DNA of 64,000 nucleotides from Oculina patagonica (Eukaryota): NCBI RefSeq assembly GCF_052425735.1, contig NC_135761.1, positions 620,001 to 684,000 of the forward strand, read 5' to 3'. Shown piece by piece: positions 43,906 to 56,600 of this stretch (position 1 is its first letter; each line of letters starts with the position of its first letter). The notes under the pieces were generated by a model. It saw only the letters and a program-made list of their open reading frames with translations, ran no database searches and was not told where the DNA came from. The position numbers and the translations under genes were made by a program.

Positions 43906-46900
43906 ATATTAATTGAGGACGAGGAGGAGGAGGATGTAAGTTACATCATATCCGGTCTAAATCTGACTTCCTGTTGACAAATTCCAAATTTGATAAAATG
44001 AAAGTAACGGCTATTAATAAGTTTTAAGAGAAATTTATTACCCTAAAGATTTGAGTTGAATGGATAAAAAATCGTTGAGATAGTACAAAACAAAACTCGA
44101 AATTCACTGAATCAGACTTAGATTACTTTTGGAAAGAAACGAAGATAATTCCTGAGGCTTGATATAAATAACCTACTGCTAGAACTTTGTATTTGTATTT
44201 TTTAAGCATGTTAACAACTTAACGGAGGTTTTCATAACTAAAACGATGACTCTTGTTTATATTTCAGTGCAATAGGTTGTGTAGATAAAACGCATCATTT
44301 TCGAAAGACCGAAAATAATTCAAATGAAGAAGCTCAGTTCGGCATTGAAAATTCTCTAAAATTTCGAATCCGGATATTTGTCGATGGAAAGCGGGCAAGT
44401 TGTACTAGCTTTGCTTATCGTTGAGCGTAAAAAAACTTCGCGATGATCTCCCTTCTTCTCGCTAGTCAGTTTGTAATGCAAAATAAAACTGAATGTGAAC
44501 AACAAAATAATTGTTTCAACTTTCTCTGATATATAAACTTTTAAAAATTTGTGACTTTTTTATGTACTATGCGAAGGAAATGAAAGAGGGGATATCACAG
44601 CGAGAAACGGTTTAATTCCGACTAATATTTATTAATTTATTTATTTATTTTAGATTTGCTGTTACAGAAGGAGAAGAAATTGTGATTTATTTAATGTAAC
44701 CCAAGAATAATGAAAAAAAATGTTAATAAAGAGATTGAAAATTAAGATTTTTGTCCAGCACTTTAATCTGCCTCAGTACAGCATTAACGTTTATGTGGGT
44801 AAAAGTGGCGAAGAAATCAGTTTCTAGCACAAAAGCACTGAAAAACGCTAGCTTGCAACGCAACTAGCACTTGTTTGAACAGCTGACTGGCAGCATTTGC
44901 TCACAAACAGCAGCAAGGCCTGCTTTTTAATCTTTTATCAAAAGCGATAACTAAAACATCATGTATAACTGAACAGAAAAGATCTACAAAATTATGAATA
45001 CTAAGATACGCAATACTAACTGTATGAGAGCCGAGAGAAAATATATGTCAGCCGCCTCGGTACTCTTCAAGCCGGTCAAGCTAAGTAGTTCCCAGAGCCT
45101 GCGCCCCTACTCACAGGCCGCAAAACACAGAAAAAATAACTAAAAGTGGCTATAAGCCACTAAACTCGGAAAAGTTATTATGAAACAAGAATGAAAACAA
45201 CAAATGAAAAAAAGTTGCTAATACAAATGATGTTATACTTTCCAAACTTCTTTTACTTCACTTTGATTGTCATCAAATACTGATCGAGAGCAGACCGAAA
45301 GGCCAAGAGATAGAGTTCCCATGTTCAAATTATTTCTTCTTTTTTTTTTCCTTTGTTATGAAGGTAACGAAAAATAATAATAATAATAATAATATCATTG
45401 CTATAAGTCGAGCGATTTTTTTTCATCAAATCGTACTGAAATAAATTCATCTTCCTTTTTTGGTTGTTTTTCTAACTGGTTCTAAAAAACCAAAGGTTTA
45501 CGGTTCGGTAGAAAAAAGAAAGTTGTGAAAGTGAAAGAAAATCCTAGAGGCTCGCGTAAGAGGAAAAGTGAAGGAGTGAGGAGTGAAGGAGGAAGGAGTG
45601 AATTCACTTCGCCCACTACAACTCTTTTCCGAGTTAAAAAGGATATGTTGACATAAGTGAATTTCCGAAGCCGTTTTCTTTCTTTATGGCTTTATATAAC
45701 CCCAGAAAGAAGCAGCAAATGAACAAATTTCATTTTAAATTAAATAAATTGAATTTGATTTTTGTTTCGATGGAAAAATGCAATAAGTTTGTGTTTAATT
45801 TTCGGCTGAGCAATTACCTTTCCTCTAGCATCTCTCCGAACTAAGTTAATTTGAAAATTTTCTTCTAGCTTGGAGATAAAGCTTCCGTCTACAACTGACA
45901 CACGAGAAATGTAGTAAATACAAGTAGTTGTTTAAACAGCTAACGGAGAACATTTGCTCAGAAACAGCGGACAGAGGCTCGCTTTTGTGAAAATGTCAGC
46001 TGGCCTTTTGCGCTCTCCTTACTCTCCTGAATCTTAAGAAGGAATGAAAAAAAAATTTCATCGTATTACAAAATTTGTATGTTAAAAAAGTATGTTAAAA
46101 AACTGAACTTTCATCGAATTAACAAGTTAATAGCCTCAATAGGTCAAAAATATGATATCTTTTACCTCTTTTGACGTTTCTGTGGCAACAAATTTTGATG
46201 TTAAAACGACCTCAAATTGGTTTATTGATAAAATCTATACAAATTTGTATTAAACGTTACTCCTCAACATTATTGGTGTCGCTACGATAGAATGCCAAAG
46301 ACGGAGCCAATGTCTAGTTTAAGTTTTCATAGTAATTTATATATAAAGTTTCATTCTTGAAACAATGACGAAATAGTTGAAAGAAAATAGAAAAGTAACT
46401 AGTGTGGCTTGTAATGTAAAGAAATTACACTGAAATGTTTGTTCACCTTCTAGATGAAAGCGATACTGAGGTAACCTTTACAAACACCAACAATGTCGGC
46501 AACAGGTTCTCTGAACAAAGAGTTGAAGGTCAAGGTTACCTCTTTTAAAAGATCGTCAGTTTGGGAAGCTTTACACATCTGTCAGGTGAAGTTTACAGAA
46601 GTTGTTTAAGCCTACAGCACTTAAGATTTAAGATTGGTTAGGTTCATAAATCATAAAAGTGATGTTCTGATGGTTGGTTATATGTGAAATTTCTTATGAA
46701 ATCTGGAGAGCAAACTGACGAAAAATAATACCTTTCATCGTTTTACAGCGCCCTTCTCCTCTGCTCCTCCCTCGCCCCAAAAAAACACTGTTACGTCCGT
46801 ATCTGCTCTTTGTTTTACTCATTCAATTTTTTTTTATTGAAGTTCTGTTTCAGTTAAAAAAAAGAAAACAAGTGCAATTATTTACCATTACCATGAAACC

Positions 46901-46927
46901 GAAATAGCCTTACTTACGCTCTCCCTA

Positions 46928-47220
46928 GGGGAGCAGGGATGGCGCAGTGGTGCCGAGAGCGCTCGCCTCCCACCAATGTGACCCGGGTTCGATTCGGCCT
47001 CTTTTTTTGGGGGGGCCGGCCCGGTGTCATATGTGGGTTGAGTTTGTTGTTGGTTCTCTTCCTTGCTCCGAGGGTTTTTCTCCGGGTCCTCCGGTTTTCC
47101 TCCCTCCACAAAAACCAACACTTCCAAATTCCAAATCGATCAGGAATACACGGCCCCACAAGCTTATAGCTTTAATCCTTATCGTGTCTAAATAAACGCA
47201 ATTTATTATTTTATTTTATT
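46928..47220 (+). mobile_element. tRNA-derived SINE with V-domain-like core
   Basis: A box TGGCGCAGTGG, B box GGTTCGATTC, core GGGTTTTTCTCCGGGTCCTCCGGTTTTCCTCCC, AT-rich tail. Confidence 0.8.
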
Positions 47221-47628
47221 ACTATATCAGTACGTAAATTCAGAGTTAAGCCGGTAAATCTCCAGTTTAATTTTTTCTTAGTGTTTGTTTACAAAGTTTA
47301 ATTTTTAAAACAATAAAGAAGTAAATCAAAAAAAGATAAGTGGCATTTGTACCGACTCAAGAAATTGCATTGAAATGTTTGTTCACCTTTTAGATAAAAG
47401 CGATATTGAAGTAACCTTTTCAAACAGCAAAAATGTCGGCAACAGTTTCTCTAAACAAAGAGTTGAAGGCCAAGTTTAACTTTTTTTTTCAAAATGGTGA
47501 CTGGAAAACCCAACACATCTGTCAGGTGAGGTTTACACAAGCTGTTCACACCTACAAATGGTGAATAATAAAAGAAGTGGCCTTCGAAATACTTCACTTA
47601 CAAAACCAGAACCAAACAAGTACTCAAC

Positions 47629-50294
47629 ATGCTGTGTTCAGTTTTGTTGGCCATTCTTGCCTCACAGGCGCTAGTCTTTGCCGAAGACGATGACACAACT
47701 GCGGCTTTGGTGAGCATTGAATTTCTTCATGATATAATGCTGTTTATTTTTCCAACTCCATGTGTTAACGCAATAGCTAGACTATGTTTGCCAACGTTTA
47801 AGCTGAACATTGTATAAAGATTCGCTAGTTGATCAGTTTAAAAACATTTTTTGCTAACATATCGATAAAATAGTCACAATGCCTTCTTCTTTTTAGTGTA
47901 ATATCCAAGCTGTTCTTAATGCTAGGAGAAGGCGTTGCATACGATACCCTTTTTTGAAACCTCAACAAATGAATAACCACGGATAACGTTTTTCTTTGAC
48001 AGAAATTTTTGAGCCAGTACCACTACATATCTCCTTCACGTTCAGGGAATCATGACGTGGAAACAGCCATCAGAAAATTCCAAGAATTCACTGGTCTGCC
48101 TGTGACCGGTGAGTTAGATGAGGCCACCATTGCACAAACGAAAAAGCCCCGTTGCGGAATGCCTGATGTCGACGAAGAAGGCCGCGTGAAGAGGTATAAG
48201 ACTGGGTCCAAGTGGAACAAGAAGGACTTAACGTACTTTGTGGAGTATGGAGCAGATTTGTCGCACTCCATTCAAGACCAAGTGTTTTCCAAGGCTCTGA
48301 AGTACTGGTCTGATGTATCGGGACTGTCTTTCTCCAAAGCTGCCAGCGCGTCTGTTGCTGATCTTAAGATCAGGTGAATATGCATAATTTTGGTTATTTC
48401 TTTCTTTGAGTTTCTATTTGATCCGACTTCTGGAAGATGGATGTACCTTTATTAAGAACTAAAAAGGCTTATCGGTAAAACTCTAAGATTCTTTGGATAA
48501 AAATTAGCAAAATATAGTTAAAAATATGCTATAATATAAAAACTAGGTAAACTAACTTTTAAGTCTGTGGAGACCCTGTGGACTACAAATGAAAGCTATT
48601 GGCGCCTTTCTTTGTCTTTTTTTTCGGCGGTTCTAATTTTTTTGACCCGGGTCAAAATTTTTTTTTTTTTTTGACCCACTCCCCCCCAAACCAAAAAATA
48701 ATGTCCATAGCAACAACTCTAAAACTGTAGTTAAGTCGGACTCCCGTTAAATTAATTTTATTTCCTTTGCTCAGCTTTGGAAGTCAAACTCATGGTGGAA
48801 GCTCTGAGAGAACGTGCGCTTATCCATTCGATGGAAGAGGTAAAGTTCTAGCACACGCCTTCTTCCCGTCAGATGGCCGCGCGCACTTTGATGAAGATGA
48901 AACGTACACTGACGGAACATCCAGCGGAACAAACCTTCTGTGGGTTGCTACTCACGAATTCGGTCACGCGTTGGGTATCCACCATTCTGATGTCAGAAAT
49001 GCTGTAATGTACCCGTACTACACTGGATATGTGCCAAACTTCAGTCTACAGCAGGATGATATTGATGCAATTCAGTTCCTGTACGGTAAGTTGTATACTA
49101 ACTACTCTTTTATTGGGAACAAGGCTAAAATACAATGGACATACAAATAAAAGAAACTTAAACTTTTGACATTGTAAAACTTCAAGCTAAAAATCAAGAA
49201 AGCGCTGCCGTCAAATGAAAATAAAAATGATAACAATAATGATAATATTATTACTTATTTGACCACTCCTCAAATGGCGCTTGAACTTAACATGGTTCCC
49301 AACTGGCAGGAGGCAGACCAGTTGGCTATTTACAAGCGTAGCCGAGAAGTTAAACTACGGTCTACTATTTAATTATTATCATTATTTTATTCTGTAGGTA
49401 AACCTGGCAGCGGAGGAGGAGGAGAAGGATGTAAGTTGTTTGCTTTTTTTATGCCGTCTATGTTAAATCCGGGTTTCGGCGCGAAATAATTACTCGTTGA
49501 AATTTGCACGTGAAATTTTCACGTTTCACTGCCATTTTCAAAAGCAATGTTTGCACAGATCACATCACAGTTACATGGCATCAGTGGCAAGGAAAAACTA
49601 AAGCCAAAGATTAGGTTTAATAACAAAACAAAACGAAACAAAAACGTTCACTGGAATCAGTAATAAACTGAAACTCTAAATACAATGATATTGATGAATA
49701 CGAAGTTTCCAATCGGTTAATTTGTTTTGTTCACTAACAACATCACAAAATGAAACAGTTAAGTTTTTTTGATCATTTTCACAGCAACCAAAAATGTAGC
49801 TATACAGCATTTGGAAACTTAGGCCCCGTACACACTGATAATTCCGTCGTTGATGCGTCGTCCACACTGATACGATTGAAAACTCTCATCGTTTTTAGCC
49901 TGTGAAGGCTCTCTGGTCGGGGATTGGGCGAAATGATAGCGGCAAGAGAAAGGAGGGGGAGGGGAGAGATGAGAGATCCCCCGTTTTTATTCCTCCTCCA
50001 GGGCTTTCTCGACTCGCTCAGCTCGCCGATCAAATTGGAAGCCTGCTCGCAGGCTAATCGTTTTCAACAAAAACGCATAATTTAAAAACGCATCAACGAA
50101 TACACGTGTGGCCAATAGGCAAAAGCGCCCAACAAAAACGCATATTAAGTTTGGACGCAGACATTGACCATTTTTGTTTGTTTTTTGCTGTAGCTTGCGT
50201 GGATAACAATGCGAACTGTCAATATTGGACATCATACTGCAGTTACCACTCATATGTAATAGCCAACTGCAAGAAAACATGCAATCTCTGCTGA
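47629..50294 (+). CDS. MMP-C, matrix metalloproteinase with Gly linker and C-terminal ShKT domain; coding exons 47629-47709, 48003-48373, 48775-49085, 49398-49430, 50194-50294; 3' UTR exon from 51083
   Basis: [23 protein letters not shown]; linker [12 protein letters not shown]; six-Cys [32 protein letters not shown]; AATAAA at 51187-51192. Confidence 0.92.
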
Positions 50295-51529
50295 AGGTAT
50301 CTTTACGGCGTATAATAAAAATAATAATATTTATTTTTTTTTACCGAGCTTAAAAATTTTTCTTTTTTTTTTTTTATTATAAATTTTTTGTATTTGTATT
50401 TCTGTTCTTTAGTTCAGGCGCGTGTCATTTCAACTATAAAATGGCCGCCCGTCTCTTTTTTTTTGGCCCCCCCCTGGGGGGGTTTTTTTAATAATAAGCC
50501 TGTTGATCGATATTGAACGGTTTTGTTATTGTACATCCGAATATCTAATAATTTCTTATTGTCATGATATGCTACACAATTTCATCCAGTAGTTGCTGTT
50601 TACAGCTGTTACAAAACCCGAGTACAAAACTAAGGACAATTCCTTTCTGGAGGAATAACAGAAAAAGAAAAAAAATGTACTACTTGGAAAGCAGACAAAG
50701 AAGCAAAAAAATATGAGAGAAAAATAGCTCTAACATGAGTAAAACACCCTGAGCATAGCTAGCATTCAGACTGTTCTGCATTTCTAATTTGAAAACTGCC
50801 TTGATATTATTCCACACAACATGGCACATTTAGTCCTGTTTTATGGAATGTTATAATCAGAAATGGGCTCAGTTGGACAAAACATTAGCTTCATATTAAC
50901 CCGCACTCGCCACCTGCCTTCCCACGCATAGTAAAAGGTTTCTTGGTAATTATGTCGGGAAAACATAAAATTGTCGGCAGAGATTAGGTACTGTGACACC
51001 CTTACATAAGCTATATAGTTTTCGGAGAGCATGCCCAGCTACAAACGGACTGATGAATATTTTGGTTTTAATTTATTTGCAGATCGTTGTCACAGAAACA
51101 GAAGAAAGTTTGATTACCTTATCTCATTCCCACAAGAGATCTGGGAACGAGATTATAATGTAACCTTGGAAAATGACATGAATGTTAATAAAGGGATTTC
51201 AAAAAAATAGATATGCATTCATTACTAATATGACCACTTTAGTCATCACTGATAGTTTTAGTATGTACAGGCCCATATTATACATAAATCATTCATACGC
51301 TTACATAAATCATTTATTCGATCGATTTCTAGAATCATGAGTTTGGGTCACCTGTGGTAACAAGACAGATTTTAGAGACAAGTACAAAGCCAAGGTCTTC
51401 GGTGAAGCGCTGTTTATTTCAGGTCCTTCTCTGATCACAAGCGTTGTTAGGAGCGTAATTGAGAGTGAATTATTACGTGTTTTAGAGTTACAAAGCAATT
51501 CTATTTATGTGAAAAAATAAAATTAATCA

Positions 51530-52738
51530 CTTTTCGCACGATTACATGCTATTCATATGCGAACTAGAGGTGTTTGCAGATGCCGCAAAACCCGAGAATA
51601 AAAGGAATGCGAAATGAGCAAAAGTTGCTTGTTCGTGCAAAAATTTGCAAAAATGGTATATATATCTGAATTCCTTCTCAAAGAATTGGTTCGCTCCGAT
51701 GAAAGCTAGTAACTCATTTTAGGTTCTGACGAAAGGACTTTTAGTTTATGGTTGAAGAAATATATGAAACTTAGCAAAATGTAGTTCATCGGAGAACAAA
51801 AGACCTTGAAGGTGTTAACTCTCGCGAGCGAACGTAGTTTTTAATGAGGCAAGTGAACCTTATCATTATGCGAATTCGAGCTGCAAAAGTGCGAACGATT
51901 CCGCAAATTAATGAACAGTTCGTTTCCGTTATATCAGTTATTTTGCGATTTAGCCGAAAACACCTCTTGCGGAAAGCAATAAGTTTTACAATAGAGAACC
52001 GATTCTAACCTACAATAAACAACATCTCTAGAACTTTTTTGTTCCCAAAGTTAAATAGTTAAAAAGGATTCTTTTTGAAAAGCTAAATATGAGTACCCGT
52101 TCAGCGGTTGCGGAAAAGTAGTGAGAACTAGGGCTTTCCACAAGTTGCTCGGCAACCTTTCATATTTTGATGCATTTCGAGCAATTTCTAGACCAAAGAT
52201 CTCCGAAGATTCTCCGAGTGTTGTTCGAAGGCCATACGAACGTTTCCGAAGATTAACGAAGTTTGCAGAAGATGTTCGTGGAACATCCGAAGACGTTTCG
52301 ATTTTCGACTCATTCCCCATTTAAATATTACAAAATTAATCAGGAAATATGACGTCATCGATATCTTCATGACTATTTTAGTGAAAGAAATCCTTGTAAA
52401 TCGGCAAATTTATTGCCTTAAAATGCTATTTATATATTCTGTGGCAGTGAAATTGCATGAAACTGCTTAGAAATCTTACCTTCAAAGGGAAATTAGCATA
52501 TATTTGGAGGAATTTTCTTAATAAACAGCAGCGTTTTGGATTTTTTGGGTCAGCTTTCGAGCAACTTTTTTAATCAAAAGCAACGTTTTGTCGTACTGCC
52601 TTGTTCTATTCCTTTTTGCAAATTTTTGCACGAACAAACAAACCTTTGCTCATTCCGCATTCCTTTTATTCTCGGGTTTTGCGGCATCTGCAATCACCTC
52701 TATGTTCGCATATGAATAGCATGTAATCGTGCGAAAAG
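51530..52738. mobile_element. Element bounded by about 120-bp inverted repeats between MMP-C and MMP-D
   Basis: CTTTTCGCACGATTACATGCTATTCATATGCGAAC...TTTGCAAAAA at 51530-51653 is mirrored at about 52613-52738. Confidence 0.65.
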
Positions 52739-53659
52739 TAACCGAAATTATTTTAAAATTAAAGACAAAATAAGGTTGCGGAAACAAGGAAATTTTTTTT
52801 TGACAATCTAAATATGCCGGAGTACCCGTTCAGCAGTTACGGAAAAGTAACTAGAACTGAGAGGTAATTTTGAAGTAAATTGCAACGCGATTTCTCACTT
52901 AGGAGGGTCTCAATGGGGTTAACCGTTTTCTAGCCGTTAGGCTTAAAAATTGAAAAAAAAATTAACCTGTTAGCCGTAAAATATGTTAACCGTAACGACT
53001 AAGTCAAGAAGTTCGGCCAAGAGTGATTTGACCTGAAACTTTATGTCTCGTGGAAATCAGCGGCAAAATAATTTAAAATAAAATAGGCTAGGTTAATTTT
53101 TTTCATCCCAGAATGGTCCTAAGACCTTAAAATATGTTATCAATAATATGAATTAATTAACTTTTACCATTTTACAGCAATGAGAATTAATTTTTAACGC
53201 TTCTGTTAAACGTTACGTAAAGAACAACTAACCGTAAGTCGTAAAAAAGCCAACATAGTAACCGTTAACCGTAAAAGCCACCACAATCGAGACCCCCACT
53301 TAGCTCGCAAACCCAATCCTTGCTTTCAACAAATAGTCAAATAATCTGAACACTCGAGCACGTAAGAAATCTATTCCTAAAAAAATCCCGAAATGTGCTT
53401 CTACATAGGTGTAAGCGCATGATATCGAAGTAACCTTTGCAAACACCAAAAATGTCGGCAAGACAGTGTGTTGTTTTCAAAATGGCAATGATGATGTGTT
53501 CAAGACAGTGTCGATGTTTTCAAAATGGTGATTGGGAAGCCCTGCACATCTGTCAGGTGAGGCTTACACAAGTTGTTCACGCCTACACATGGCGAGTTAT
53601 AAAAGAAGTAGCATTCGAAATACTTCACTTACAAAACCAGATCCAAACAAGTACTCAAC

Positions 53660-56600
53660 ATGCTGTGTTCAATTTTGTTGGCCATTCTTGCCTCACAGGC
53701 GCTAGTCTTTGCCGAAGACGATGACACAACTGCGGTTTTGGTGAGTGAATTTCTTCGTAATATAATGTTGATTGCAATACCCTAGACCAGAAGTACATAA
53801 TCTGGATTATGTACTTCTGCCTAGACTTTGTTTGTCAACGTTTAAGCTGAACATCTCATAAGATTCGATCGTTGATCAGTTTTAAAACATTGTTTGCTAA
53901 CATATAGAAAAAAAGAGTCAGAATGCCTCGCTATCCCTTTATTAAAACCTCAACAAATAAATAACCGCGGAAAACCTTTTTCATTGCAAGAAATTTCTGC
54001 GCCAGTACCACTACATATCTCCTACAAGTTCAGGGAATCATGACGTGGAAACAGCCGTCAAAAGATTCCAAGAATTCGCTGGTCTGAATGTGACCGGCGT
54101 GTTAGACAAGGCCACCATTGCACAAACTAAGAAGTCACGTTGCGGAATGCCTGATGTTGACGAAGGAGGACGCGTTAAGAGGTATGCGACTGGGTCCAAG
54201 TGGATCAAGAAGCACTTAACGTACTTTGTGGAGTACGGAGCTGATTTGTCGCAGTCCATTCAGGATGATGTGTTTGCCAAGGCTCTGAATTACTGGGCTG
54301 ATGTATCAGGACTGTCTTTCGCCAAAGCTGCCAGCGCGTCTGCCGCTGATCTTAAAATCAGGTGAATATGTAGAATTTTGATTTTTTTTCTTATCTCGAC
54401 AGATCGTTGGGCTTATGCGAGTGATAATTCAAATAAAAGCTGTAACAATCAGTATTTTTGTGTGGTACTACACCGCGGTTCGAAATTTCAAATTCTAGCA
54501 AGAAAGTTACTCAGCGCAGTATCTTCATGTCGTACTGTTTGTTATGCTGTAGAAGGTGGCTCTAACTCAGTTAAACTTGAGGATAAATTCGTATTTATCT
54601 GGCGGTTTACAGTCAAGAAATTATGGCGGTTTCGGCCTTTAGGAGAAAACGAAAGTTTTTTTTCTGTTTAGAGAGAACAAAATATGGCAGTTTGCGGAAT
54701 GTACGACACTCTGTAATCGACCGTCCATTGTGTGACCATTCAAATGAATGACGTTAAGAAATAGTTTATGATGTACTTTACACTATGTTGTAAAAGTAAG
54801 TTCTTAATTTTTAATTCAGGCGTTTTAAAGTGGGACCGCCTTAGCTAGCACTTTCTGGCTAATGCCTCTTGCAAGATTTCTATTTACAAACCAATGTCCT
54901 TAGCAACAACTTTAAATCTGTAGTTAAGTGAGTTCCAGGGTTCGTACGCGTCTTGAAAACCCTTGAATTTCAGGAGTTCGATTTCAAGGCCTTGAAAGTA
55001 CTTGAAATTATTTTTCGGTCCTTGAAAGCCCTTGATTTTTTAAAAAAGACTTCAAGGCAATGAGAAGACCGCCAAAATAAGCGATTTTTTTAGTTCTTCA
55101 GCAAGCACATCAACGGCACAACAGACTGGAAATCGTTGATTTGGGGTAAATTTCATGAAAAAATGTTCTTGAAATTTCCAAGAAGGGTCCTGGAAAGTCC
55201 TTGAATTTTTGGCTTGAAAAAGTGTACGAACCCTGTAAGTCGGATCCCCCTTAAATTAATTTTATTTCGTTTCCTCAGCTTTGGAAGTCAAACTCATAGT
55301 GGAAGCGCTGAGAATACGTGCTCTTATCCATTTGACGGACCGAGTGGTGTTCTAGCACACGCCTTCTTCCCTTCAGATGGCCGCGCGCACTTTGATGAAG
55401 ATGAAACATTCACCGACGGAACATCCAGCGGAATAAACCTTCTGTGGGTTGCTACGCACGAATTCGGTCACGCGCTGGGAATCGCACATTCTGAGGTCCA
55501 AAATGCTGTCATGTATCCGTACTACACTGGATATGTGCCAAACTTTAGTCTACAGCAGGATGATATCGATGCAATTCAGTTCTTGTACGGTAAGTTCAAC
55601 TACAACAGGTATATTGTGAGTGGCGAAGGAAATCTTTCAGCGGGAACAAATAAAGGTTAAAATGCCATTGACAATTTTGACATGTACACCGTTAAATTTC
55701 CAGCTACAAATCAAGAAAGCGCTGTTGTGTAATAAGTGAAACTGTGAAAATCAATCGTCCCTGTATGAACTGAACGATGTCAATGAAACACAAAATAGCC
55801 CCTTCAGATGAAAACTAAAANNNNNNNNNNNNNNNNNNNNNNNNNNNNNNNNNNNNNNNNNNNNNNNNNNNNNNNNNNNNNNNNNNNNNNNNNNNNNNNN
55901 NNNNNNNNNNNNNNNNNNNNNNNNNNNNNNNNNNNNNNNNNNNNNNNNNNNNNNNNNNNNNNNNNNNNNNNNNNNNNNNNNNNNNNNNNNNNNNNNNNNN
56001 NNNNNNNNNNNNNNNNNNNNNNNNNNNNNNNNNNNNNNNNNNNNNNNNNNNNNNNNNNNNNNNNNNNNNNNNNNNNNNNNNNNNNNNNNNNNNNNNNNNN
56101 NNNNNNNNNNNNNNNNNNNNNNNNNNNNNNNNNNNNNNNNNNNNNNNNNNNNNNNNNAACGATAATCATATATACCTTCTGGTTATTTACGTATTTCGCA
56201 GTTTTAAATGAGGATTGTTATTTTATTTTGCAGGTCAACCTGACAACGGGGAAGAGCCAGAGCCACGTAAGTTGCCTTGATTTTTCTTTTTTCCGCAAGC
56301 AGCGGTTTCAAAGCTGGGTTCGGGATGAAATAAAAGGAATAATTTACATGTTTCACGATCATTTTAAAAAGAAATGTTTGAACAGATCCAGATCTTAGTA
56401 ACAGACATTTCATCAGTGGCGAAGAAAAACCAAAATCAAGGATTAGGTTTAACGGATGAAAAAAAGCAATATCAAAAACGTTCACTGGATTTAGGAATGA
56501 AAACTCTAAATGCAATAATATTTTTAGTCCTTACAAGCGTTCACCTTTTTTCAACAAAACTAATACTTTACCTTAAGGTAACTATTTTTAGCGGCTACTA

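Noticed and set aside
46928-47010. tRNA gene
   Set aside because: A and B boxes are present but no complete cloverleaf forms, and it continues into a SINE core and tail.
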